Below are positions 1-13,629 of a stretch of 64,000 nt of DNA, piece after piece (the stretch's first letter is position 1; each line of letters opens with the position of its first letter). The translations under genes were made by a program, and so were the position numbers. The stretch spans positions 114,144,001 through 114,208,000 of the forward strand of contig CM059431.1 in assembly GCA_030390025.1 (NCBI GenBank), in the 5' to 3' direction. The notes under the pieces were generated by a model. That model saw only the letters and a list, made by a program, of their open reading frames with translations, did not search any database and was not told the origin of the DNA. This DNA comes from Squalus acanthias. Taxonomy: Eukaryota.

Positions 1-1739
1 AGTGCAATAGCTGAATCACTATATTTTGATCTTGATCTCCTCCAATAGACCAAATAAAATCTTCTTTCTTTTAATTCTTCAATGACACAGTTTCTGCCAA
101 TTCTAAATAACAGCTACCAACTTTTACCACTGATTCCTCCAGCCTTACTATTTCCTCATCCACTGATATTTTGGCCTAGCTATCACTTCTGCTCTCAAAC
201 AGAACTTTTGTGTCTTCTCCATTGCTAATGCTGCCTCCAAGAAGCTTGTTTTGTCTTTTGTGCCAAAAGTTCTTTCAGCTCAACAACTCTTCACTCTCTC
301 TAGATAGCCAAAGTCTGTCCAAGACTTGAACACTGCTCCCTTATCTCGGGAGGTGGTTCTAACACCTGTCTTGCACACCTGGGCAGGCTACAAGAAAACT
401 CTTTCAACTGTAGCCTCCAATCTTCCTTTCCATCACAATCGTTGTTTCTTTCTCTACTTTATAAATTCAACAAAGGTCAGTGCTCTTCAGACGTTTCCTC
501 TCTTGTTCCTACTAATTGCAAATTTATATGCTCTTCCTCCTTCCTGGGTTGAAATTAAGTCTCCTTACTCACTCTTTCCAAGCCCTCCAAACTGTGGAAT
601 TCTAAGCCTTGACCTTGCCTAATCACTACTACCTGATGTACCTCACTTTCTCTCCTATTCTTTTTTTTTTACCTTGTTGGTGTCTTGTGCTATTGGTTTG
701 GCCCTTCCCCCAGGTTTCTCAGTTTAAAAAAAACTAGGGAACATAAGCACAATGAAGATGAATGCATCTGCTGTTAGCAGATGCTCTCCACCCTCCTACA
801 ATAATTCAGGAATCTCAACAAACACATTTCCAAATTCCTTTGGGCAGCTAAAAGACCCCAATATGGTGAAAATCATTGCAACTCCCAAAGCAAGAAAACA
901 GGTTTTAAGCAAACTATAAGAGATGCTTTAGCACTAATACTTCTGTTGGTGAAACTCACTTATATTGCTGTGTGCCTGGCCTGTTCTTTTCCAAGGTGTC
1001 ACAAGGTGAAATTTTAGTTCTTCCTGCCAACAGAACTAGTCCAACAATGATTTTAGCTGTGACTAATTCAGTCCGGGATGAATGGCAATTTTCTTTTAAA
1101 CTGTTGCAGCTTCCATTCTGACTGATTTGGTGTCAAGAAAAACAACACTTTGAGCACCTCTGAAAGCATCTTATTGTGTGGCAACATGCTCTAGGGCAAC
1201 ATTATGTGAAAAATGAGTTAATACTTCTCTGATGGTGTGATATTCCTTCAAAAAGATTTGTTTAACGATTTCCTTTTCACCTCACACAACAGAAACAGTG
1301 GCCATATCCACCAAAATAATGTTCAGAATGTCAAGATTCTTGTGCTCTTTGAGGCAGTTCGACTGTACAGAACTGTCTTACTGGATTCAAAGCTGCTTAT
1401 GATTATTTTTATTGTTATAAACAGTATTATGAGTGGTTCTTTGTGGAATAGCAAGAGGAAAGCAACAGCATAATGAGACAGAAAGCAAGACAAACAGAAT
1501 ACACGTAGAGCATTTGCATTAATCATCTGTATGATTTACTATTATTTGGTGTGATTTCTTCCTTTTTGTCATACAGTGGCATGGATGTGAAAGTGATAAT
1601 GGAGTCTCTCAGTTCCCATGAGGAACTGTGATCGCACAATGACAGCTGCCATCTCTAAACTGACACTAGCAGCAGAATGAATCAGTTGTGGCTCTAGAGG
1701 CTGCTGCGATAGCATCATTAGTGGGCAAGCAGGTGGGAA

Positions 1740-2062
1740 ATACTGTCTGGATCCCAGTTACAATAGAGCATCCAGCACAGACCTGAAACTTGGGTCATAG
1801 TTATCTCACTGGCATTTAAATTTTGGTTGATTTAATGTCAGTGGGAATTTTAAGTGAAGGATGAAAATTCCCACTGCTGACAGAATTTACATATGTAAGG
1901 TGCCTAATGCTTGTTTTAAGTGGCAGCCAGGGACACCTGAAAAATGGCCCGACCCAATATCGGTTCCGACGTCTTTTAGGCGTCCTTTAGGAGCAGGTCA
2001 TTGGTCCTAGCAATTGGCCCTCGTTGCGCCCATAAAACAGGCACAACGAGGTCCCATTTCTA
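1740..2062. mobile_element. Probable Harbinger-type MITE remnant
   Basis: GC-richer patch ending in CCCATTTCTACCCC, similar to the GGGxxGAA(A/T)TT termini of other MITEs in this window; partner terminus not found. Confidence 0.35.
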
Positions 2063-3180
2063 CCCCGTGATGTTCATGGATTTTCAGAAGTTGTTCAATA
2101 AGATAGCTCATGGGATGCTTGTTACAAACATTGGTATAAGAGGAAATGTAACGGCATGGATACAAAGTTGGTTAGCTGACAGGATATAAAGGGAAAGGTC
2201 AATGGATGTGAGTCAGTGCTGGGTCCACTTTTGTTCTTGGAATTGAGCATAGGGAGCACAAAATCAAAATTTGCTGACAACACAAAATACTGGCAAACAG
2301 TGGGGAGGACTTTAAAATACTTCAAGAGGATATAGGCAGATTAGCAAAATGGGTAGACCGGTACGGATGCAATTTAATGCAGAGAAGTATGAGGTGTTGC
2401 ATTTTGGAATGAAACAAGGAATGGGAGTACACGCTCAATGGAAGGATGCTGAGGGTGTAGAGGAATAGAGAGACTGAGGGGTGAAAATACACAAATCCTT
2501 AAATGTGCGAGTGCAGCTAGATAAAACCATAAAAAAGCAATGGCATTTTGGGTTTCATAAATAGGGGTATAGAATGCAAGAACAAAATGATTATGATAAA
2601 ATTGTCCAAGGCAATAGTTAGACCACAGTTGGAGTACTGTGTGTAATTTTGAATGCCCCATTAGTAAAAGAACATGAAAGTCATAGAATGTGTACAGGGT
2701 AGATTTACCAGGATGACACTAGGGATGGGAAACTATAGATATGAAAAGAGACTTGAAATACTGGGACTATTTCCACTACAGCAGAGAAGGCTAAGAGGTG
2801 ATTTAATAGAGGTTTAAAAAAATGAATGAAGGGTTTTGATAGTGTAAATAGGGAAAGACTATTTCCCCTGATTGGGGTCAGTGATGAGAGGGTCATCCAT
2901 TTAAAACTGTCGCCAAGAGAGTGAGGAGAGAAAATAGGAGAAACTTCTTTGCACAGAGATTTGTTAGAGCATAGAATGGTTTGCAACAGGGAATAGTTGA
3001 CGCAAAGACCATTGCATCTTTTAAGGGAAGAGTAGATAAAGAAACAGAGGAAGATACATGGCTATGGGCAGAGAACAGGGCTTGGGATTAATTTTGAATT
3101 GCTCTAGCAAAAGCCTGCACAGACACAATAGGCAACATGGCCTTCTGTGCTGTTAACCTCTATGGTTCTATGGGTTTCTA
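2062..3180 (+). mobile_element. Degenerate 5'-truncated CR1 LINE (RT region to 3' tail)
   Basis: Decayed ORF2 motifs (ATGGATTTTCAGAAG = MDFQK; AAATTTGCTGACAACACAAAA ~ KFADDTK; GTTAGACCACAGTTGGAGTACTGTGTG = VRPQLEYCV), many stops/frameshifts; ends in a CTATGGTTCTATG-type tail. Confidence 0.85.
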
Positions 3181-3789
3181 CAACAGCTTTAGAATTTTTG
3201 AAGTCAAGATGCATGTGGAGTAATTACTGCTCCAGAGGATCATTCTCAGAATAGAGACGCATATCAGTCAAAGTGGGACCTAAGGCTGAACCAACAACCT
3301 CAGCAAGTCAACATTTTCAAGGAATGTGGAGGAGGTTGGTGGGGGGAAGGGGAGGGGTGGAAATGAGTTGCATCAGTTGGTTCATGACCTATTCAGCTAA
3401 ACTTTCAAGAATTTGCCTCTAGCCAGCTTGCTACTTGTGTTCCTATCTATCTTTGTGAAACTAGCATACATCCTATTCCAAATTTCTTCCTGAAACGGAC
3501 TAATCTAGGCCACTATCTCTGCTTCCTGATGTTGCAAGGAACCTGAAGATTTGAAGATGGCTATCTATAATCCTCCACAGTTCACTTTTTATTTTCTGGT
3601 CCTGTGGAAGCATCTGGGTTACTGACCTCCTACCTCTAGCTGTGATATGATTGACCACAATATTAGTCCTGTATCCTATCTCAGGCAAGGGTTCATATTA
3701 TGAGCTGGTTTTGCCGAGGTTGCAAGACACAGGAGTGGAAGCAAATTCATGTTTTAAAAATTATTTTTATGCTTTATATATTTAAGCCC

Positions 3790-3945
3790 CTCTCCCTCCA
3801 ATTTTCACACCGGAAGGTGCTGACTTAGGCTATCATATGATTCATGAGGACTTCACTTATTTGACTATTCTTAATGCGTGAGTTTAGGCAGTGAGTGTTG
3901 CTGAACTATTTGACCATTGTGGGATATCACAGTTGAACTTGTAGG
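3790..3945 (-). mobile_element. Old SINE fragment (LF-SINE-like)
   Basis: Similar to 23430-23770 (TGACTATTCTTAATGCGTGAG vs TGACCATTCTTCATGTGTGAG); family assigned from memory only. Confidence 0.4.
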
Positions 3946-4388
3946 AGTTACTGCATAGTGGGTATAGATGTTGAGTGATGACAAGATTCCTGATTGCAAG
4001 CTATAACTTGTATGTATGCACATTGGGTAAGCACAAGGGGCCTATCGCCTGAATCAGGTGGGCACTTTGGACACCCCGCGGTAGCCCCCTTTTAAAATGG
4101 AACTGGCCGCATTGCCAGTGTTAATGGGGTGGTGAGGTTAGCAAACCCAGTTTGAGGCCGTTACCGCCCCATTAAGGCCAGGTGAGGGCTCTCAAATTCG
4201 ACACCTCTGAATGGAAATGCCAAATAAATGCCAGATTAGTGGTAATTTTCTGCTGTGGGCACAAAACCACTTGCAACTGAGTTGAAATGACTCAAACCCA
4301 TTTCATATAGGACGTTTTTAACCAAATGAAAGAGATTTGCATTCGATCTCTCTGGGCTGGATTTACAACCAGGTTCTTTTTTACTCTA

Positions 4389-4520
4389 AAAAGTGCTGGA
4401 AACACTCAGCAGGTCAGGCAGCATCGAGGAGAGAGAAACAGAGTTAACGTTTCGGGTCGAACCCTTTAAGCACTTTCTGTTGTTATTTCATATTTCCAGC
4501 ATCTGCAGTATTTTGCTATT
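4389..4520. mobile_element. Penelope-like element terminal-repeat fragment
   Basis: TGCTGGAAACACTCAGCAGGTCAGGCAGCATC...GTTAACGTTTCGGGTCGA followed by an inverted part (TTTCCAGCATCTGCAGTATTTTG); related fragment at ~11358-11455. Confidence 0.55.
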
Positions 4521-4573
4521 GTCTTTTTTACTCTAACTGATTCTTTAGCAACATCTCAAAACTGTGGATTTCC

Positions 4574-4985
4574 AACAACAACTCGCATTTATATAGTGCC
4601 TTTTAACATAGTAAAATGCCCCAAGGTGCTTCACAGGAGCGTTATCAAACAGAATTGGACACCGAGCCACATAAAGAGATATTAGGACAGGTGACCAAAA
4701 GCTTGGTTAAAGAGGTAGCTTTTAAACAACAACAACAACAACTTATATTTATATAGTGCCTTTAGCGTAATAAAACATCCAAAAGGAGCGTCTTTAAAGG
4801 AAGAGAGAGAGGTTGAGAGACAGAGAGGCTTAGGCAGGGGATTCCAGAGCTGAGGGCGTAGGCAGCTGAAGGCACGGCCATCAAGGGTGGAGTGATTAAA
4901 ATCGGGGATGCGCAAGAGGCCAGAATTGGAGGAGCGCAGAGATCTTGGAGGGTTATAGGGATGGTGAAGTCTACGGAGATAGAGA
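4574..4985 (-). mobile_element. L2-clade LINE 3' end, with a second short nested 3' tail at ~4726-4785
   Basis: Minus-strand translation GRAFSCLRPQLWNPLP...SLSSFK resembles an L2 ORF2 C-terminus; two (CAA)n + ATTTATATAGTGCCTTT tails. Confidence 0.75.
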
Positions 4986-5334
4986 GTTAGTCTTCCCTTT
5001 CTCCCACAGGCTTTTAAAACCTAAATTAGCATTACCTAATCAATAGTTTCTAATTTACCTCATCTTCTTTAATGCTCTTTTCAACCTTTGGCAGTGTCCT
5101 ATCCTGGGCTTCGTGTTAAACCACTGCACCAAGAAGGCCTCTGTAATCCTATGATTCTTGCAGGGGTACACCAGAAAATTATATTTTTCCAGAGGTCAGG
5201 TTAAGCCTTCAGTAAGCTAAGTGGTATAAATACCACCCTTCTAAAAATTCCCAGCAGAGACTTAAAAGATTATTGTGTCAAGCAAAGTGTATGAAGGGTT
5301 AACTGAACTATTAAACCCTACAGGGAAGAATTAT

Positions 5335-5522
5335 CATCTGCAACCTCCCTCTGATATTGTGAGACTGTGGTGTGTGCCTTTTCAGAAAAGGATCATATTG
5401 CAAACCTCATGTGATATTGTAAGACTGAGCTGTGGGCTTTTCCAGAGAGAGGTCACATTGCAAACCTCATGTGACATTCAGAGATTGAGCTGTGAGCCTT
5501 TCCAAAGAGGGATCATATTCGA
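5335..5522. repeat. Three diverged tandem copies of a 60-bp unit
   Basis: TGCAA(A)CCTC..TG(A)..TT..GAGA.TG units recur at 60-bp spacing (lines 5341, 5401, 5461). Confidence 0.8.
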
Positions 5523-8500
5523 ACCATATGTGCTTTCAATTAAAGATTGCTCTAATACAGGGGAAGTGCATTCATCTGAATCTCCGCACAATCCTAAATG
5601 TTATAAAGGGAGATATCAGCACGTTTGAATTGTGTCTGAATCTTCCTTTCCTTTCTCCTTTAAAGCTGCTGGGGCAGGGAAAAAAATTATGTACAATCCA
5701 ACTCTTAACCGTATGACAGCATAAAGTCACACTTCAATAACACTGTGAATTCAGAGTACTGCTTTCTGTTATATTCATGAGCACACTGACAATGAAGAGG
5801 AGATTCCACGTAACTTCCAGCAGTTAAAAAAAAATATATATATTTAAAAAATATATTTTTAAAATTTCTTTTCAAGCAAGGGTCACCGAATATTGATCAG
5901 GAGTGGGAATCTTTCCCTCTGTAGTCCAGGGACACTGATGCTAATTGTAGCACCTCAACTACTGCCCTAGATTGTAAAACAACAAAAAAAAACACACACA
6001 AGAACAAATGAGGACGGACTGCCACCAGTGACTGCATCTATATCCCTTTATAACATTTAGAATTATGTGATAACTCAGAAGAAGCCATTCCCCAGAGAAC
6101 TTGTCAAGTGGTTCTCCTGTGTACGCTGTCGATTAAAAATTCACCCTGATAGGTCGGGGCGGGGGGAGGGGGAAGTGTCACATTGAAACTTTATACTTAA
6201 ATGATCGTTTTGCAAAAAAAGCTGTGTGAGGCAATAGTGGAGGTCACACCACTAACAGACACCAGGACAGCAGGTAATCATTACTAAAAAGAGTTCACAA
6301 ATAAAAACACCAAAGGTAGCAATAAAGGCATCGGCATAGGTTAAAGTTGTAAAAGTTTGAGAAAAAAAGTACACTATATCTGCAGTAAAATATTGTGTTC
6401 ACTACTATATCTATGAAGTCTTCATTTACAGCATTACTCCAGCCCTTTTTCTTGCATGTCTCTTTTACTTTCTTACAGTTCATTCTTTATTTCTTTTCAG
6501 TTTTACCACTTTTTTTTGTAAGCCCACTTGAAGATGCATTGTGTCTTTATTGAGGGGTTTCTGGCCATAAGTAGTACTTAATTTCTCTGAAAACTATGCT
6601 GTAATGCCTCCTCTATATTGGCCACACAGCACATTCACAACAACAGATGCTGTGTGTGGATTTCTATTAAAATAAACATATAAATGATAGATATATAGTA
6701 CCAGTTACGATTAGCAGTAAAATATGTAATCTTATCATAGACCGTATTATTGCATCCTCCGCCTCTTTGTTCATAAGATGCTAAATTGTGTTGAAAGACA
6801 CTTTAGTATGACAGCACAACCCCTTTAATGTCATACCCAGTTTGATAGCCATACATTCATTTATCTGACAAATTGAATATGATCTTGTTACGTAATTGTT
6901 GAAATACCAATAAGAATACCAATTAAAAAGTGATTATGTTAATTGTGTGCATAGCAAACTCGTTTCTGACAAAGTGGTCTGTTATCATTTAAGAACCCCA
7001 GTTTAAATGTATCCACGCTCTTACTGTCAATCACAGTTTTCTGCTGTTGGTAACTTTGAGATACAATGCTTGTCTAGGGCAGGTCACGTTTGCGTGAGCG
7101 CTAAATAGAGTAAATGATTTACTGATGGAGCTACCCAGTAAATGCATCATCTTCCGCCTCGTTTATCAATGTCACAAGCTGCAGCTTCCACTTCTAACTG
7201 ACTCTTCAGTGGGTTGGGAAGATTACTTACTGAATAATCAGATTATCAGTCTGAATTCAGCGTCCTTTTGCCTTAGCCACTACTTTTACCCATCCTCCAT
7301 TCAGTTTGTGATGTTATAAAGCTGGTGAAAAAAACCCACTAAAAGTGATCTCTTTCTGCTCCTGTAAAATCCATTTGATGATTAAATAAAGTCAAAACAT
7401 GCTTTTAAATAGTTGCAGCACAGCTGAATGATTAGAATGTAAAATATACACTCTTCGAGTGCAAGTAATCATATATTCACCTACAAAGAATTAATATTAT
7501 CTATGGCTCTTCAAAAGTCATCACCAGTACATACTGAACTTTGACATCTCAAAATTATAAACATACTTTTAAAATGTCAAAAATACAATTTTCACGTTTA
7601 GGTATTTAAATGCAAATGAACTGCTGAAACCGCAAAGACTGAGGTTTTATTACCTTTGAACATAATTGTTCATTTATTCATTTTGACTAAAATAACACGA
7701 TAGTTTTAATCTCATGGTGCAGTACTCATGTCCTTAACTTGTCTCATCATGCAAGAAGACTGCCAGTTCCTGACAGCTTGTTAGTGCTTGGCTGAACAGA
7801 GACATTCAGCATGTGGCAATGCAGTGTAGCTTCAGGGCAACCAGCTACTTCAAGTGACACAATCCTGAGAATACTTACTTTACTTCTGGTATTGACTACT
7901 TCCATAATATTGGTTAAAATTAGTTACATGGCATGATTCAAGGGGAATGATTAACATGGTACATAGTGCAGTTGCTGCGCTGGAATGTGTTTGCAATGTA
8001 ACCCAATTTGGAATACATTCTTTGCAACACAAATATTTGCCTCTGATTCATAACTGTTTGTAATTATTTTCTAGTGGTGACCTGGTCGAGGAAGGGTTTG
8101 TAATTATTGTTTCAGCCTTTGCCTCATGTGCATCTTTTCTAGCCCTGATGCAGTTTCACTGTATGCATCTCATCCCTGAATGCACAAGACCAAAAAGTGC
8201 AGGCACATCATTTATTGATAAGACAAAAAAGAATGTAATGAAATTATCAATGTTCTTGAATTAATTATGAACATGATTAAGAAAGCTAAAATCTCAGGAG
8301 CCAGGATCTCATTACCAATTCAGTCTTAGGGATTGCTTTCATTCAGCAAGGCGAAAGCTTTGTGTAGACCCACCATTGCATTCAGTTCATTTTACTCATG
8401 CAATCGCTGTCGAATGTTGTTTTGTTTATTTTCTTTAAATTCACCGCTGTTAAATATATATGTCTATGAACACCCATCAGTCTGCTCTACCGATACGACC

Positions 8501-10057
8501 AATGTGGCCTTTGCGAGTTTGTGACATTTCATCTTATTTCTCCGAAGGATGCAATCTACATGGCCTGCTAATGTCTCCGACCCACTGCCTCCCTGGAGTT
8601 CAGTCTGCCTTTCTGCTCACATTTGTGTACTTCACAGTTCTATTCTTCACCAAAGTGGGGTGAGCTTATGGCCCAAAAATTAGTACCAAACATTCCAAAT
8701 CTGTCCGAGGTATCTTCAAAGGTAAGTGTATGATCCTAATTAGAATGAGTTTTTGTGGAGATATTTTATGTCTCATCCCCTGAACTGCAAAGTTTCCTAC
8801 ATATATTAACTAATATTATAAAAACTTAATTCAAAAAGTTAATAATTTCAATACTGCAAAACAATACATTGTGTTCTGATATTTGTGCAATGCATTGTCC
8901 ATATACCTGTATTTTGATTTTGTGTATAGAAGAGTTAGAGAAAAGTTGAAGCTGTCAATAAGAATCTGTAAATGCAGTTCTGTTTTCTGTAGGATGTAAA
9001 AAATGCATTATTGCTTTAAAAAAAAAAGCCAACCAGACAATAAGCACACTGAGTGAATGTCTATGCCAAAATATATGAAAGTACGCTTTAATTTGCTATG
9101 CAATTTTATTTTTGCAAATGGAGGTCTAAAACTAGCCATGAGTAAAGTATATAACCAGGCATAACAATTTCCCTTTAATGCTAAGACATGCTCCAGTTCG
9201 TACTTGTGACACAATTGTAATGCTCTTTAGTGCATTCATATGAAACAGCTACCTTGTGATGTGATGCAGCAATTTCCTTAAATCTGACAGACCAACATTT
9301 ACCTAGTTTGAAGGGCAAAATATTTAAAGAATATAATATTCTTGGACACAGTCTAATACAAGAGAGCAAAGTGTTTATTGTGGTTCATTGACTTTGCTTC
9401 AGTAATGCTGAAATGGTCTTGATATAGAGTTTGGGTTATAGCTTGGGATAGCAGACTGAAAATCATTCAATATTCTTATGAGATTATTACGCTGCAGTGT
9501 TCTGGATATAGTTGTCATAAGATTCTATAGGGGCCAGTTCTCACCAGAGCTCTGTGAGCACTTACTGTTTTGTGACCAAGATGCAAAGTACAGAGGGGAC
9601 AGCTAGTTATGTCATCCACAAAATTAATAAGTAAGCACTGACAACCCTGGGAAAAATAAATTCTCTTATCTTTACTCGTCTGCATAAAACGCATGTACGG
9701 CATTCACTATCTGGTGTCCACGTGTCATGAACTTAATTTTTTTTCTCTAATTTGGATGTTTACATCCCTGTTACCTGCTTTGTAGATTGTATCACATCAT
9801 GATCCAAAATAGACTGCAACTGATAATAAGGGCCAAGGAATATTTACTCATTCCTTAAGAGCAGAGGATGCCAGAAAAGCTGGAGGTCCTGAGTCAGTAC
9901 TTGTGGCTGATTTCTCTGCTAACTAGCTCTATATCTTGAACCCACAAATACTATTTTGTGGCTGTTTTCACCATCGGAAGCTTCCCCTGAAATGGCTTAA
10001 AAATTCAGATATAGGTTACAGGTTGGACGAGTCGAGACATAAAATAAATGAATAATT

Positions 10058-11028
10058 ATGCTTTCATTTATACAGTACCTTATCACATTGAGCCATCTCA
10101 AAGCACTTCACACAATCAACTGCAGTAACTTTTTATGTAGGCAAACATGAGTCAGGCTGCATCAACAACATCCCGTAAACAGCAATGCATGTTTTAATAT
10201 TAGTTGAGAGAGGAATGTTGGGCTGGACACCAGGAGAACTTCCTATTCTTCTTTTGAGTAGTGTCAAAGTGGGCCAACAATCCATGAGGAGGAGGAGGTC
10301 CATCCCGACGTAATTGTTATCCAGGGCCCAACTGCTGCTGGCCTGCTAATGTCTTCAGGGTCAGGGTTGGTCCCTTCATTAACATGTAAATGGCAGGCAC
10401 CCACGCCACTTGCATCACTTCTCAGGTGTCTGCCTGCACCGGAAGTTCAATAATTCAGGTCAAAGTCTGCCTGCTTGTGGGATGGGGGTGACAGAGTGCC
10501 TGGGCTTCCCAGAAACAAAAGATGTGCCACCCATCAGCCCTCTTTGGGGCCTGAGGAACACTCAATAATGTTGGTGATCTTCGGGAGTCCGGGCTGTGTC
10601 CTGGGATTGGACTTCCAGGTGGGGCCCGCAAGTCTGCTTGGGAGCCTGACATACCACTGCCGATTAAATACTGGGTCCCTCTGAGGGCTGGGGACATGGG
10701 AATCTTCAGCCTTCCCCTCTCTTACGCTGCTGACCCTGTAAGTCTCCACCCCTTACAAGGCCGTGAAAGTCCCGATATAATGCCAGGACCCACCTTAACT
10801 GGATCCCAGCCTCATTGAATGACCATGGATTTTTGGTCTTTGGATGTTTAACATCAACATGAACCAATAGAGGGCACCTCAACTTAACATCTTATCTAAA
10901 GAACTGCATCGCTAACAGTGCAGCACTCTCTCAGTATGGCACTGAAGTGTCAGTCTAACACTGGTGCTTGATTCCACAACCTCTGACCTAGGGGCAAGAG
11001 GGGTATCAATGGAACCAAATTGACACAT
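10058..11028 (-). mobile_element. DeuSINE-like (SacSINE1/AmnSINE-type) SINE interrupted by a GC-rich insert at ~10270-10825
   Basis: Tail CTTTCATTTATACAGTACC...CAAAGCACTTCAC; core GACACCAGGAGAACTTCCTATTCTTC; head ACAGTGCAGCACTCTCTCAGTATGGCACTGAAGTGTCAG; related tails at 20955-21065 and 30825-30985. Confidence 0.6.
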
Positions 11029-13499
11029 CACTTCTTGATTTGATTATTCAGGATAGGGCAAAAGAACTGAAATTTCACTCAATTTTAAATTATCATTTGT
11101 GCAATTTATGTGTGAACAAATAAAGAAAATAATGCAAATTCCAGGGTTCATGAGTTTCATGTTAATAAGAGAGCAAACTCCTCACCAAAACCAATTAAAA
11201 GGAAGATTAAAATATGGATCCTTTGCATTGACCAATATAAATGATTTCTAGCTTGACCTAACCTAAATTTGGTTATGGGTATGGCAGAGATCGCAACAGT
11301 AGGATAAAACAATCAAGAAAAAACAGAGTCGACATGCGCATTAATGAGACTTGCGGAAAATAAAAACAGAACACGTTGAAAATACTTAGCAGTTCTGGCA
11401 GCATCTATAGAGAAACAGAAGTCTATGTTTCAGGTCTTAGACTGTTACTCAGGACTCAGTGAGACTTGTACAGCAGGCTTCTGTCGTTGAGTGGTCACTG
11501 AAGTATAGCTAAACAAATGGAGAAGCTGAGCACAATGGTGGAAGGGAGATGACTCAGGAGCAACTGCTGACCAGCACTACATCTTCATAATGCTGCTTTT
11601 CCTTAGGAGTCTGAGACCTTAGAAGGTTTAAGCGCTAGACTGTGTTCTGTGGGCTGGCCATTTGTATGTGGCTACCACCCATAACAAAATACTGTAGGCT
11701 ATTGCAGACTTTAAGGATTCATGACCAAAGTCGCCTATGTGGGAAATTGAGTGCAATATCTTACTTAGAACTTGCATAATGGCTATCATGGCAGTATATC
11801 TAAGTTATGTCCTCACCCAATAGTCTTTGTATGTGTTACTAATATGTTCTAAATTCCCCATTTTGCCACATGTAAGGCATAGTTAGCGAATAGGATTCAA
11901 ACTTACTAATCCTGAGAGTTACTGACCATTTTAATTCCTGTTGTTTTAATTGCTTAAGGCTAAAGTAGTAAGTAGACTTGGAATAGAGTACGATTTTCTG
12001 TTACAAAAATGTGAGAAAGAGCTGCATTTGTGCTTATGAGTGTGATATAATGCAATCACATTACCCTGTAGGAAGCTCAGATAATGTGTGATACACAGCA
12101 CTGATGCTTATAATGGGATAATTACATATGACCAATCTTTCCATGTTCCTGATGTAACAAATTTCTGGTCAGTCCTCTTGTGTAATATTTTGTCTTTTAC
12201 ATTATTGCTCAAACTGAACATTAATCTTGTATCAGGCGATATAGGAATGGAGAGGAAGCTCATTGCTCATGTATCCCCAACAATGCGAGTTGTTGTTATA
12301 TTTTGAAAGTCCATGCTTGGCTCACAATTGCATTTGTTCAAACATATTACTCCGCCTACACAATATGGAGCATACTGTGTATCCTGTGGTAAGCTTAGAT
12401 GTAGCATAATTTTTGCTCTGGGACTCTTTATTCCCTCCCTTCCTTCAATATGCTTAGAATACTAAATGGACCTCCATGTTATATGATCGATATCACTGCA
12501 AATGAAGGTAACATATAATTCACAACTGATGAACTTACCAGTGAGTTATGAGGAGACACAATTTAAAATTAATTTTTTTAACATAGACAGCTATTGAGCG
12601 TTCTGCTTATAACACTTGTTTTTCTTCTAAATTAATGTTCATTTTAAGGTTGGAGTGAATCGCTTGGTGATGTCGCTGCTTTGTTGTGACATCACTGACA
12701 TGGAAACATGACAGTGATGTCACAGTTCAGTTCCAGTGTTCCAAACATGTCCAATGTTGTTATCAGGACTGCCCCACAAGTGGGAATTAAAGTCAGAGTT
12801 TAGCGCCCCTCGTCCTGGCATTTTCTATTTTTGACAATTGCGTGGTTTGAAAAGTCAATTAGTTTAATATTCATTTCATTTATTTTTTAGATATAATTTT
12901 AAAAGGACTTAATAGGACACATTAATACTTGCGTGAATGCAAGTTCCCTCTTACCTCCCTTCACAGGTATCCTAATGTTCATTAAAAAAATATATAAATG
13001 GAGGGGTATTAAATCCTTGCGGTGTCTCAGTCCTTCATGTCTCATGACATGTCTCACCAGGGAGTCACAGAGCAGTAGGACTTTATTTATTTGCCACACA
13101 TTAACACGAGTTTTAAAAATAGGTAATTTTAAAAGTATGCACTAGTTGCTGTGTGGAAAGAAAAATCACTTATTGCTGCTTCAGGATTATACAGCAGTTT
13201 GCAAATGACACATTACTGCTGTGCAGTGCCTGAGTACGGCAAGAGAGCCGTATGTCGATCTTTGAGCTAACTGCCAGGAAAACCGCACTCATCCCCTGGC
13301 TTATGATGTGGTGACTGTGGAAAAAGGACTATTATTTTCACAATACCCCCAACCTCATGAGCGTTCTAAATATATACTTGCAGCATTTGATGATTAATTG
13401 CTTTTTTTTGTCTTTAATAACTAGTGAGCTATTGATTTCATCAGCTATATTCTAACACTAGTGTGGCATGGTTACAAAATAAAATGGTCATGTTTGCAG

Positions 13500-13629
13500 C
13501 AATGTTCCCTCCGATTTTTTTTCCCCCTGCGTGGGCCCTTTAAGTTTGCTGTGCAGCCACGCGTGCGCCGTATCTCTCCCGGCAGGACCTCGCGATCGGT
13601 GCGCGGCTGCACACCTTAGGGGATTATTG
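13500..13629. mobile_element. 130-bp hAT-superfamily MITE with perfect 8-bp TSD
   Basis: GTTTGCAG duplicated at 13492-13499 and 13630-13637; imperfect TIRs CAATGTTCCCTC... / ...TTAGGGGATTATTG; 8-bp TSDs are characteristic of hAT. Confidence 0.8.

Noticed and set aside
11358..11460. Hammerhead ribozyme in a Penelope-like fragment (minus strand CTGAGTA...GAAAC)
   Set aside because: Core deviates from CUGANGA and the stem is imperfect; at best a decayed relic, and the copy at ~4450 lacks the CUGA box
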